A stretch of DNA of 64,000 bases, taken from positions 21,650-85,649 of the forward strand of contig JAZPYO010000033.1 of the NCBI GenBank assembly GCA_045544195.1. The letters are read 5' to 3'. Shown here one piece after another: positions 50,261-58,192 of the stretch. Position 1 is the stretch's first letter. Every line of letters starts with the position of its first letter. The notes beneath the pieces were generated by a model, which worked only from the letters and a program-made list of their open reading frames with translations, ran no database searches and was not told the origin of the DNA. The DNA is from Eubacteriales bacterium. GTDB lineage: Bacteria > Bacillota > Clostridia > Oscillospirales > CAG-272. Position numbers and translations under genes: made by a program.

Positions 50261-51097
50261 TTGAAAACTACCGTATACGGCGATGTTTTATTCTTGATAA
50301 ATCTTTCCATGGATTTTCTGTCGCTTTTCATAAGCGGGAGAATACTTCATCTTGAGTGTAAAAGCAGATATCTTTTGATAGCATCGGTCATAGGCGGTGT
50401 GTACGGAGTTCTTGCGCTGCTTATTAAAAGCACTCTTCTGGGTGTTATACTGAACACATCGGTATACATAGCTATGTGCCTTATTGCGTATCCGAAGGTA
50501 TCTATGAGAGTTTTTTTAAAGCTTTGCGTATTGTTTTATGGTGTTTCTCTTTTGTGCGGGGGAGCGGTTACCGCCTTTTATTCATTTTTCGATAAGATAC
50601 TGCACAATATTCCGCTAAGCTCTCAAAGCGCGGGTAAAGCAAAAATACCGATATGGCTGTTTTTTGCTTTGATCGCGCTGTGCGGTGTGCTTTCTTATGT
50701 AACGGGCAGGATCTTCGCAGGCGGAAAAAACGAAAAATACGTTGATTTTTCAATAACCGTAAACGGAAAAACGAGCCGTCTGCACACTCTGTGCGACAGC
50801 GGAAACCTGCTTACAGAGCCTATCACATCGACACCTGTTATAGTCGTGTGCGAAAAATGGTTCAGGGAAAATATCGGCTTTCGTCAAGAGGACATACTTA
50901 AAGTACCTTATCTTATGTCAAAGCTGAGATACATACCGTCGTCAACCCCGACGGGCGAGTGTATGCTCATCGGAATACTGCCCGACAGAATAATACTCAC
51001 AAAAGAAAAAACCGCCGTAAAGGCGGTGATCGCAATAGCTCAAAGCGGTGAATTTACGGATTTTGACGGTATAGCCCCAATATGTCTTATACCGTAG
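50261..51097 (+). CDS. spoIIGA: sporulation sigma-E processing aspartic protease SpoIIGA
   Basis: TTG start at 50261, 7 nt after AAGGAGA. The membrane N-terminal half (VYGDVLFLINLSMDFLSLF) and the catalytic DSGN motif (LCDSGNLLTEP) fit SpoIIGA. It lies immediately upstream of sigE. The tracked ORF's 85-aa extension lacks an SD. Confidence 0.85.
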   Translation: MKTTVYGDVLFLINLSMDFLSLFISGRILHLECKSRYLLIASVIGGVYGVLALLIKSTLLGVILNTSVYIAMCLIAYPKVSMRVFLKLCVLFYGVSLLCGGAVTAFYSFFDKILHNIPLSSQSAGKAKIPIWLFFALIALCGVLSYVTGRIFAGGKNEKYVDFSITVNGKTSRLHTLCDSGNLLTEPITSTPVIVVCEKWFRENIGFRQEDILKVPYLMSKLRYIPSSTPTGECMLIGILPDRIILTKEKTAVKAVIAIAQSGEFTDFDGIAPICLIP

Positions 51098-51114
51098 AGC
51101 AGAAAGGAAAGAAT

Positions 51115-51813
51115 ATGATAATAACTCACTTTATTGAAAAAATATTCGGACTTAAGGCAAAAAGAACGTCCGTTTTTTACATAAACGGATCACAGACGCT
51201 TCCCCCTCCGCTATCGCCTGAGGAAGAAAACGAAATACTTCAAAGGCTTGCAAGCGAGCCTCAGCTTAAGGGCGTGCTGATAGAACGAAATCTCCGCCTT
51301 GTAGTATACATAGCCAAAAAATTTGAAAGCACGGGCATCGGTATTGAGGATCTTATTTCAATAGGCACGATAGGTCTTATAAAGTCGGTAAACACGTATA
51401 ACGTTGAAAAAAACATAAAGCTCGCCACGTATTCCTCACGGTGCATCGAAAATGAAATACTGATGTATATACGGAAAAACAATGCCTCGCGTAACGAAAT
51501 GTCGCTTGATGAGCCGTTGAACGTGGATCATGACGGAAACGAGCTTTTGGTGTGCGATGTTATAGGAAGCGATACTGACACGGTTTCCGGCGGTATTGAG
51601 CAGGACGAAGAAAGAGATATGATAAACAAAATGGTAAACTCGTTAGCCCCCCGTGAGCGTGAGATAATCCGTTTAAGGTTCGGGCTTGACGGCAAAAAGG
51701 AGCTGACGCAAAAGGAAACGGCGGACGCTCTGGGAATATCGCAATCTTATATTTCACGGCTTGAAAAAAAGATAATCAAAAAGCTGAAGCGTGAGCTTGA
51801 AAGCACGCTTTAA
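51115..51813 (+). CDS. sigE: RNA polymerase sporulation sigma factor SigE (pro-sigma-E)
   Basis: Pro-sequence then YINGSQTLPPPLSPEEE, region 2 (RLVVYIAKKF...DLISIGTIGLIKSV) and a region 4 HTH (TQKETADALGISQSYISRLEK). Start at the ATG at 51115 after GAAAGGAAAG. Confidence 0.9.
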   Translation: MIITHFIEKIFGLKAKRTSVFYINGSQTLPPPLSPEEENEILQRLASEPQLKGVLIERNLRLVVYIAKKFESTGIGIEDLISIGTIGLIKSVNTYNVEKNIKLATYSSRCIENEILMYIRKNNASRNEMSLDEPLNVDHDGNELLVCDVIGSDTDTVSGGIEQDEERDMINKMVNSLAPREREIIRLRFGLDGKKELTQKETADALGISQSYISRLEKKIIKKLKRELESTL

Positions 51814-52769
51814 TCCTCACAGGGATAATGCAGACCCCACTTTTCTCTCATATAAGTCATACTTTTCATAACGCTGTACGTATTTTCAAAATGCATATTA
51901 CTTCCGTTTTCAAATGCCTGTATCTCATACAGAAGGGCATCTGATGCTTTTCCTGATGAAAATACCTCTGTTTTTCCGTCATTGTATACGATAAGTGCCT
52001 TGTCTGCTCTCGGATAATCCTGTATTTCTATATACGCATCATCACACGATATGACGGCTCTTTTCGGCAGCTTCGAATGAAGCGATACGGTAACTGTGCT
52101 TATCTGCCCGCCGCAACGCTTTATAACTGCGCCGAATGACTCGTCAACTGCGCTCGGAGCTTTTGTTACATTTGAATCGATACTGCATATTTCACCCGTC
52201 GAATACATACTTTCAAGTGCTAAAGCGTACACGCCGATATCAAGCATAGCTCCGCCCGCGTATTCCATACTGAAAAATCTGTTTGACATATCGTACGGCT
52301 TTGTACTTCCGAAATTCACCTGTATGAGATTGACCTTGCCGAATGCGCCGCCCTTCACCCTTTCGGAAAGCTGACGGTGCAGGGGCATATTGTATACGGT
52401 CATCGCCTCCGCAAGCCTTAACGAGCGTTCGTTTGCAATACCACACAAATCGTCAAGCTGTGATATGTTCATAACGATAGCCTTTTCGCACAGTACGTTT
52501 TTTCCGCTTAAAAGGCACGCTTTTATGTGCTGTGCGTGAACGCTGTGAGGCGTTGCGATATATACGTTTTCAATGCTTTCATCACGGCAAAGAGCATCAA
52601 ATCTTTCGTATACCGTATCTATTCCGTATTTTTTCGCAAATTCGGATGCCCTTTCAAAATTACGGCTGTAAAGTCCGTTTATTCTTCTTCCGCTTTCAAC
52701 GAGCTTTTGCGCCATATCGCCGCCTGCCCATCCGCAGCCGATAAATGCCCACGTTTTATTTTTCATCAT
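51810..52769 (-). CDS. Gfo/Idh/MocA family oxidoreductase
   Basis: N-terminal WAFIGCGWAGGDMA Rossmann fold and an EKA motif (LCEKAI). Start at the ATG at 52769 (MMKNKTW). Confidence 0.8.
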   Translation of the reverse strand: MMKNKTWAFIGCGWAGGDMAQKLVESGRRINGLYSRNFERASEFAKKYGIDTVYERFDALCRDESIENVYIATPHSVHAQHIKACLLSGKNVLCEKAIVMNISQLDDLCGIANERSLRLAEAMTVYNMPLHRQLSERVKGGAFGKVNLIQVNFGSTKPYDMSNRFFSMEYAGGAMLDIGVYALALESMYSTGEICSIDSNVTKAPSAVDESFGAVIKRCGGQISTVTVSLHSKLPKRAVISCDDAYIEIQDYPRADKALIVYNDGKTEVFSSGKASDALLYEIQAFENGSNMHFENTYSVMKSMTYMREKWGLHYPCED

Positions 52770-52804
52770 TTTGCCTTTCAAAATAAGTTTTTTTAAAAAA
52801 GCAC

Positions 52805-52833
52805 TTGACAAATGCTCTTTTTTTTGGTATTAT
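52805..52833 (+). promoter_or_regulatory. sigma-A promoter for tRNA-Thr
   Basis: TTGACA (52805-52810), 17 nt, then TATTAT (52828-52833). The tRNA 5' end is about 12 nt downstream. Confidence 0.7.
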
Positions 52834-52844
52834 ACAGGTGTTGT

Positions 52845-52920
52845 GCTGCTATGGCTCAGCTGGCAGAGCACATCCTTGGTAAGGATGAGGTCGACAGTTC
52901 GACTCTGTCTAGCAGCTCCA
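52845..52920 (+). tRNA. tRNA-Thr (anticodon GGU)
   Basis: Manual cloverleaf. Acceptor GCTGCTA/TAGCAGC, D arm GCTC-AGCTGGCA-GAGC, anticodon arm CATCC-TTGGTAA-GGATG, variable loop AGGTC, T arm GACAG-TTCGACT-CTGTC, discriminator T, encoded CCA. 76 nt. Confidence 0.9.
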
Positions 52921-52959
52921 AAGCATCGGATCTTAACTGATCTGATGCTTTTTGTTTTT
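52921..52959 (+). terminator. rho-independent terminator after tRNA-Thr
   Basis: 12-bp stem AAGCATCGGATC / GATCTGATGCTT (one G-U pair), loop TTAACT, followed by TTTGTTTTT. Confidence 0.85.
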
Positions 52960-52983
52960 AAAAGCAAGTATATCGATTCTGAT

Positions 52984-53020
52984 TTATAAAAAAAGACGGT
53001 TTTTTTCAAAATCGTCTTTT
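52984..53020 (-). terminator. rho-independent terminator after ychF
   Basis: Stem AAAAGACG (52991-52998) / CGTCTTTT (53013-53020), flanked by A/T runs on both sides. Confidence 0.65.
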
Positions 53021-53032
53021 TTCTGTTGATAT

Positions 53033-54130
53033 TTATACGTTAAATCTGAACAAAGTAACATCGCCGTCACGCATTACGTATTCCTTGCCCTCACTGCGTA
53101 TCAAGCCCTTTTCTCTTGCAACGGTCATATTTTTGCCGCACTGAACAAGATCGTCAAAGCCGATTATCTCCGCGCGGATAAAGCCGCGTTCAAAGTCGGA
53201 ATGTATCTTGCCTGCCGCCCCGGGAGCTTTAGTTCCCTGCTTTATCGTCCACGCTCTTACCTCCTGAGGACCTGCCGTTAAGAAGCTGATAAGACCGAGC
53301 AGCTTATAGCTTGCCTTGATAAGTCTGTCAAGGCCGCTTTGTCCCATTCCAAGCTCCTGCAAAAACGCCTTTGCTTCCTCATCGTCAAGCGCTGCGATCT
53401 CAAATTCAAGCTCTGCGCAAACGGGGATTATTTCAGAGCCTTCCTCAGATGCGTATTTCTTAAGCTCTGCATAATTGCTGTTGTCAACGGGCTCGGACGA
53501 TACCTCATCCTCTGAAACGTTGGCTGCGTAAATTACGGGCTTTGCGGAAAGCAGAGGAAGAGTTGCGAGTATTTCACGCTCATCATCGTCCATTTGCATA
53601 CAGCGCGCAGTCTTGCCGCTGTCAAGATGTGCGGAGAGCTTTTTAAGAAACTCTATTTCGGGCAGTATCGACTTATCTGCCTTAAGGAGCTTTTCGTCCT
53701 TATCAATACGCTTCTGAACTATCTCCATATCGGACAGAACGAGCTCTGTATTTATCGTTTCAACGTCACGAAGAGAGTTAACGTCGCCCTCAACGTGAAT
53801 GATATTTTCATTTTCAAAGCATCTTACAACGTGTACTATTGCATCGACCTCACGAATGTGGGACAAAAATTTATTGCCCAAGCCCTCGCCGTGCGAGGCG
53901 CCCTTTACAAGACCTGCAATATCGACAAACTCTATAACTGCGGGGGTGTACTTTTGCGGTGAATACATTTCAGCAAGCACGTCAAGACGGTGATCGGGCA
54001 CGGGAACGACGCCCACGTTCGGCTCTATCGTACAGAAGGGGTAGTTTGCACATTCTGCCCCTGCTTTTGTTATTGCATTAAAAAGCGTACTTTTTCCAAC
54101 GTTAGGAAGACCTACTATACCAAGCTTCAT
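53033..54130 (-). CDS. ychF: redox-regulated ribosome-binding ATPase YchF
   Basis: 365 aa. [17 protein letters not shown]-loop, [12 protein letters not shown], and a C-terminal TGS-like block (RAWTI..G..AP.AAG.IHSDFE.GFIRAE). Confidence 0.95.
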   Translation of the reverse strand: MKLGIVGLPNVGKSTLFNAITKAGAECANYPFCTIEPNVGVVPVPDHRLDVLAEMYSPQKYTPAVIEFVDIAGLVKGASHGEGLGNKFLSHIREVDAIVHVVRCFENENIIHVEGDVNSLRDVETINTELVLSDMEIVQKRIDKDEKLLKADKSILPEIEFLKKLSAHLDSGKTARCMQMDDDEREILATLPLLSAKPVIYAANVSEDEVSSEPVDNSNYAELKKYASEEGSEIIPVCAELEFEIAALDDEEAKAFLQELGMGQSGLDRLIKASYKLLGLISFLTAGPQEVRAWTIKQGTKAPGAAGKIHSDFERGFIRAEIIGFDDLVQCGKNMTVAREKGLIRSEGKEYVMRDGDVTLFRFNV

Positions 54131-54170
54131 AAATAATAATTCCTTATCTTTAATAAATATTTCCTGCTTG

Positions 54171-54199
54171 ATTATATCACCTTAAAACGAATTTGTCAA
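54171..54199 (-). promoter_or_regulatory. consensus sigma-A promoter for ychF
   Basis: On the minus strand: TTGACA (54199-54194), 17 nt, then TATAAT (54176-54171). Confidence 0.7.
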
Positions 54200-54323
54200 T
54201 ACAAAACGGGCTGTTGCATCAAGGAATAGTAAAAAGTAAACGCCTCGTCCCCGTTTTCAAAGTAAGATCAGTTGCAACGATTCTTTATGCAGAATTGACA
54301 GGCGTAAGAGCGTTCGCACAACA

Positions 54324-54364
54324 CAGAAAACGCCTCGTCCCGTTGGGGGGGACGGGCGAGGCGT
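54324..54364 (-). terminator. rho-independent terminator after lipoprotein gene
   Basis: GC-rich stem ACGCCTCGTCCCG (54330-54342) / CGGGCGAGGCGT (54353-54364), followed on the minus strand by TTTTCTG. A second small hairpin GTAACACC-TTCG-GTGTTAT lies next to the stop codon. Confidence 0.85.
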
Positions 54365-54380
54365 AACACCTTCGGTGTTA

Positions 54381-55151
54381 TTAAAGAAATAACATTTCGA
54401 TGGAGACATAACCGTGGGCGCTGCACGTGAATGTAAAGAGTTCCGTTTCGGAATATACCATGAAAACGTATTTTTCAAATTCAGGAGTATATCCGAGTGC
54501 TACATATCTTTCCGCATATTCCCTTATAGCACTTACAAAATCGTCATTATCTTCAAAGTATATCATTTTATAATTTTTGACTTTAAAATAAGTTGAATCT
54601 TCTTTTTTACTTTTCCAATTCGCTTCCTCATCGCTGAAAGGCAAAGGTATGGGGAGCAGGTTTTCAAATCCGTGCTTGCCCCACTCTGAATAGTCTACGT
54701 TCGGGTCTTGTCCCGGGGCGGTGGTTGCAGGGGCTTTTGTGTCCTCTTCGGGCTTTGTCGTTACCTCTGATGTCGTATCTTCAACGGGTGCTTCCGTCTC
54801 GGGTGCTTTAGTTGTATCCTCTGCTGGAGCTGACGTTTCGGGGGCTTTCGTCGTTTGCACGATTATCTGCGGCTGTTTTGTTTCAGGTGCGTCTGTTACC
54901 GTTACCTCTGTAACGATGGCATTTGTCGCACTGTCCTCAATAGGCTCGCTTTCGTCGGGTGTGTCTGTCTGACGGTCTGTTGCCTTTTCCGTCTCTCCTT
55001 CGGTTGCTTGGGGTGCATTTGTCTGTGTTGCCTCAGTTGCCGCACTTGTGTTTTCTTTCGTTGCATCATCATCGCCCTCACAGGAAGCAAATGACAACGC
55101 CATAGAGAAAACAAGTGCCAATGAAACAGTTGAAATAAACGCTTTTTTCAT
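54381..55151 (-). CDS. putative lipoprotein with Thr/Glu/Pro/Ala-rich repeat linker and uncharacterized C-terminal domain
   Basis: 256 aa. Signal peptide ending LSFASC (probable lipobox Cys24). Low-complexity linker of about aa 25-147 includes the tandem TTKAPETSAPAEDTTKAPETEAPVEDTT (54771-54854). SD AAAAGGAGAG. Confidence 0.65.
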   Translation of the reverse strand: MKKAFISTVSLALVFSMALSFASCEGDDDATKENTSAATEATQTNAPQATEGETEKATDRQTDTPDESEPIEDSATNAIVTEVTVTDAPETKQPQIIVQTTKAPETSAPAEDTTKAPETEAPVEDTTSEVTTKPEEDTKAPATTAPGQDPNVDYSEWGKHGFENLLPIPLPFSDEEANWKSKKEDSTYFKVKNYKMIYFEDNDDFVSAIREYAERYVALGYTPEFEKYVFMVYSETELFTFTCSAHGYVSIEMLFL

Positions 55152-55373
55152 ATTTGGCTCTCCTTTTTAGTAATGATTTTTTATCAGTGATAAAAAACAG
55201 TATACCACAAGATATGCCAAAAACAAGACGTTAATAAAGTCTTAATATGTAAAAAAAAAAAAAACGAAATGTTAACGATTTAATAACAAGTGCGAGTGTC
55301 TCAACACAACATATAGTGTTTGCCCCACCCGCGCCGTTTCGTTTTTATATACTGTGCGCAAGAACGGATATAA

Positions 55374-55418
55374 GGAAAAATCTGCTGCAAGCACGCTTTT
55401 CGCACTTGCAGCAGATCA
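55374..55418 (-). terminator. rho-independent terminator after acyl-CoA synthetase fusion gene
   Basis: On the minus strand: ATCTGCTGCAAGTGCG AAAA GCGTGCTTGCAGCAGAT followed by TTTTTCC. Confidence 0.85.
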
Positions 55419-55425
55419 TTTATTT

Positions 55426-57714
55426 TTATCTTAACTCGTTTCTCTTTATCTTACCGCTGATGGTTTTGGGTAATTCGGTCATAAACTGTACGACTCTGGG
55501 GTATTTATACGGAGCTGTATGCTCTTTTACGTAGTTCTGAATTTCCTTCTTCAATTCGTCAGTTCCCTCTTTGCCCTTTACCAGAACGATAGACGCCTTG
55601 ATCGCCTGACCTCTGATCGGATCGGGTACTGCTGTGACCGCGCACTCCAAAACGTAGGGTAATTCCATAATTACGCTTTCGATCTCAAACGGACCTATGC
55701 GGTAGCCTGATGATTTGATAACATCGTCAGTTCTTCCGACATACCAGAAATATCCGTCCTCATCACGCCATGCAGTATCACCCGTATGATACAGTCCGTC
55801 GTGCCATACCTCTTTCGTTTTTTCTTCATTTCGGTAATAGCCCTTGAAAAGTCCGCACGGTGTGCTCTTGTCAACGTGGATAACGATCTCGCCCGTTTCG
55901 CCGACGGGAACGCTGTTGCCGTCCTCGTCAACAAGGTCAACATCATATTGAGGACTCGGTCTGCCCATTGCTCCCGGCTTCGGAGTCGTGCCTACGAGAT
56001 TGCATATAGAAAGCGTTGTTTCCGTCTGTCCGAAGCCTTCCATTATGGTAAGGCCCGTTGCCTTACGCCACTGGTCGAACACCTCAGGGTTCAAGGCTTC
56101 GCCTGCCGTTGTTGAATACTCGATTCCCGACAGATCGAACTTAGAAAGATCCTCCTTTATGAAGAAGCGGTACATCGTGGGGGGAGCGCAGAACGTAGTT
56201 ATATTGTACTTTGCGAACATCGGAAGTATTTCGTTAGCATCAAATCTGTCAAAATCATATGTGAATACTGCCGCCTCGCAAAGCCACTGGCCGTACAGCT
56301 TGCCCCATACTGCCTTGCCCCAGCCCGTATCGGATATTGTAAAGTGAAGTCCCTCGGGATTTACGTTATGCCAATATCTTGCCGTGATATAGTGGCCGAT
56401 AGCATATCTGTAATCGTGCATTGCGATCTTCGGATAGCCCGTAGTACCTGATGTAAAGTACATCAGCATCGGGTCTGTTCCGCACGGAGAATCGGGGCGT
56501 CTGTCGTAAACGTCCGACATTTCCGCAAATTCCGTATTGAAATCGTGCCAGCCGTCTTTTTTTTCACCGACTATGATCTTTACCATCGGCTTGCCGTACG
56601 TTTCTGATGCCTGCTGCGCCTGATTTGACACATCGCCGTCAGATGTGCAGACGATAGCGCTTACGCCTGCCGCCTCATAGCGATACTCAAAATCATGCTT
56701 CATAAGCTGATTTGTAGCAGGGATCGCTATTGCGCCTATCTTATGAAGCGCAACGATGGAGAACCAGAACTGATAGTGACGCTTTAAAACGAGCATTACT
56801 CTGTCGCCCTTTTTAATTCCCAATGACTCAAAATAATTTGCCGTCATAGCGGAATACTTTTTCATATCGGCAAATGTAAAGCGTCTTTCCGTTTTATCGT
56901 TTGAGATGTGAAGCATTGCCAGCTTATCGGGACATTTTTCAGCCAATGCATCAACCGTGTCAAATCCGAAATTGTACTTATCTTCGTTTTTGAATGATAT
57001 TTTTTTCAATACGCCGTTTTCGTCACATTCCGTGTCGATGAAGTTGGCGGCGATGCTTGTTGCGTGAGCATCACGTCTTCCCTTTCTTTGAGAAACGATC
57101 TGATCGAATTTATCCTTTTCTTCATCGCCGTCCGTCTTTTTCAGAACGATAGCGTAAAACTTCGTTCCCTCAGGGTCGAGGGCAATCATTCCGTGAGGCG
57201 CAGATGAATTATAGTAAATGGAGTCGCCGGGGCCGAGTACTTCGGTATGATTTCCGATCTGTACCTTCATTCTGCCCGAAATAACGACGTCGAACTCCTG
57301 ACCCTCGTGTGTTGAAAGCTTTATGGGACTGTCAACATCAGCGGCATTATACGGCATTTCGACCATAAACGGCTCTGCCGTTTTTTGCTTGAAAAGCGGC
57401 GCCATATTAAAATACTTGAAGCCCGCTCTGCGTGTTATGGGCAAGCCCTCACCGCTTCTTGTAAGGTTATAGTTTGAAAGCGTGGGGCTTTCACCCTTTA
57501 TAAGATCGGTCGGATCTACGTTAAGATTGTTTGCACACTTGTAAATAAAAGTAAAGCTGAAATCCATTTCACCGGATTCATACTTGAGATAATTCTCCGT
57601 TGTAACGCCCGTTTTCTGTGCCATTTCCTCCGGAGAAATACCCATTATTTCACGCAAGGTCCTGATTCTTTGAGCAACTTCGCACAATTGATGTTTCAAA
57701 TCTGTTTTTTCCAT
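55426..57714 (-). CDS. three-domain fusion: XRE-family HTH + cupin + AMP-forming medium-chain-type acyl-CoA synthetase
   Basis: 762 aa from the ATG at 57714. HTH region at about aa 10-65 (RIRTLREIMGISPEEMAQKTGVTTENYLKYESG). Cupin at about aa 120-230 (HEGQEFDVVISG...GDSIYYNSSAPHGM). ANL-superfamily core with YFTSGTTGYPK, ISDTGWGKAVWG, GFGQTET, YHTGD, GRTDDVIKSSGYRIGPFEIES and a terminal SGKIKR. The tracked ORF's 39-aa extension runs into the leader terminator. Confidence 0.85.
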   Translation of the reverse strand: MEKTDLKHQLCEVAQRIRTLREIMGISPEEMAQKTGVTTENYLKYESGEMDFSFTFIYKCANNLNVDPTDLIKGESPTLSNYNLTRSGEGLPITRRAGFKYFNMAPLFKQKTAEPFMVEMPYNAADVDSPIKLSTHEGQEFDVVISGRMKVQIGNHTEVLGPGDSIYYNSSAPHGMIALDPEGTKFYAIVLKKTDGDEEKDKFDQIVSQRKGRRDAHATSIAANFIDTECDENGVLKKISFKNEDKYNFGFDTVDALAEKCPDKLAMLHISNDKTERRFTFADMKKYSAMTANYFESLGIKKGDRVMLVLKRHYQFWFSIVALHKIGAIAIPATNQLMKHDFEYRYEAAGVSAIVCTSDGDVSNQAQQASETYGKPMVKIIVGEKKDGWHDFNTEFAEMSDVYDRRPDSPCGTDPMLMYFTSGTTGYPKIAMHDYRYAIGHYITARYWHNVNPEGLHFTISDTGWGKAVWGKLYGQWLCEAAVFTYDFDRFDANEILPMFAKYNITTFCAPPTMYRFFIKEDLSKFDLSGIEYSTTAGEALNPEVFDQWRKATGLTIMEGFGQTETTLSICNLVGTTPKPGAMGRPSPQYDVDLVDEDGNSVPVGETGEIVIHVDKSTPCGLFKGYYRNEEKTKEVWHDGLYHTGDTAWRDEDGYFWYVGRTDDVIKSSGYRIGPFEIESVIMELPYVLECAVTAVPDPIRGQAIKASIVLVKGKEGTDELKKEIQNYVKEHTAPYKYPRVVQFMTELPKTISGKIKRNELR

Positions 57715-57777
57715 TGTTTTTAAACCTTTCTTAAAATAATTCGGTTTGTTTTTGTTCAAAGCGGCTTGAGTGAAAAT

Positions 57778-58023
57778 AAAAAACGCCCCAATGTCCACTG
57801 ACATTGAGACGGATAAATACCGCGGTACCACTCAATTTGCATAATATATGCCACTTCGGACTCATCACAAAGCCCTTCGCCTTAACGCGGCTAATCGTGA
57901 GAAGCTACTGCAGTTCACCTCTCCCACTCAGAAATGATATGGCTTTTTGGAAATTGACTCTATCGGCTCGCACCAAACGCCGACTCTCTGTAAAAATCTT
58001 TCTCCGCCGTTTTCTTCACTGTG
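57778..58023 (-). promoter_or_regulatory. T-box riboswitch leader (tRNA-sensing transcription antiterminator)
   Basis: On the minus strand. Stem I base with K-turn: CAC-AGTGA-AGAAA (58023-58011) pairs with TTTCT-GA-GTG (57934-57925). AG bulge AGAGAG (57989-57984) and distal loop GGTGCGA (57974-57968). F-box-like CGCGTTA. Stem III GCATATATTATGC (57851-57839). T-box sequence AAATTGAGTGGTACCGCGG (57838-57820), giving an antiterminator ATTGAG/CTCAAT with the 7-nt bulge UGGUACC. A competing 12-bp terminator (57811-57800 / 57795-57784) is followed by U6 (57783-57778). Confidence 0.85.
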
Positions 58024-58035
58024 TTTGATGTTGCT

Positions 58036-58064
58036 ATCTTACACCAATTTTTTGCATTTGTCAA
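58036..58064 (-). promoter_or_regulatory. sigma-A promoter driving the T-box leader
   Basis: On the minus strand: TTGACA (58064-58059), 17 nt, then TAAGAT (58041-58036). Confidence 0.65.
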
Positions 58065-58192
58065 TACCATTTTTTTAGTTTTATCAATTTTATTGATTAT
58101 GCACAAAATCGTTAATTACAAAAAAACTCTTTTGTTTAATATGACGGCGAAAATGCATATAATTGCAATTTCGCCGCCTTTAAAGCATTAAT

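Noticed and set aside
51813-52000. Expected sigG (spoIIIG) downstream of spoIIGA-sigE
   Set aside because: sigG is not present here. sigE is followed by a convergent oxidoreductase gene. sigG is presumably elsewhere in the genome. Its absence from this locus is noted but is not evidence of anything unusual without the whole genome.
52805-53032. tRNA-Thr locus as an integration hotspot or island boundary
   Set aside because: No integrase, no direct repeat of the tRNA 3' end, and no phage or mobile genes on either side. The tRNA has its own promoter and terminator and is flanked by housekeeping genes.
9133-54199. Near-identical promoter cores ATTGACAAATTC...TATAAT at asd (9133-9161) and ychF (54171-54199), with ATTGACAAAT also at the T-box promoter (58055-58064)
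   Set aside because: The shared sequence is essentially the sigma-A consensus plus a few flanking bases. It most simply reflects strong housekeeping promoters rather than a dedicated regulator site or repeat family.
55251-55264. A14 homopolymer considered as a slipped-strand phase-variation switch for the lipoprotein gene
   Set aside because: The tract lies upstream of the probable -35, not in the -35/-10 spacer or the coding region. Length changes would therefore not obviously toggle expression. It is more likely an UP-element-like A/T tract. I kept it only as a minor note.
57804-58028. 74-aa plus-strand ORF between the acyl-CoA synthetase fusion and the dockerin gene
   Set aside because: It is the antisense reading of the T-box leader RNA. 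The conserved T-box motifs explain the sequence, and no SD is present.
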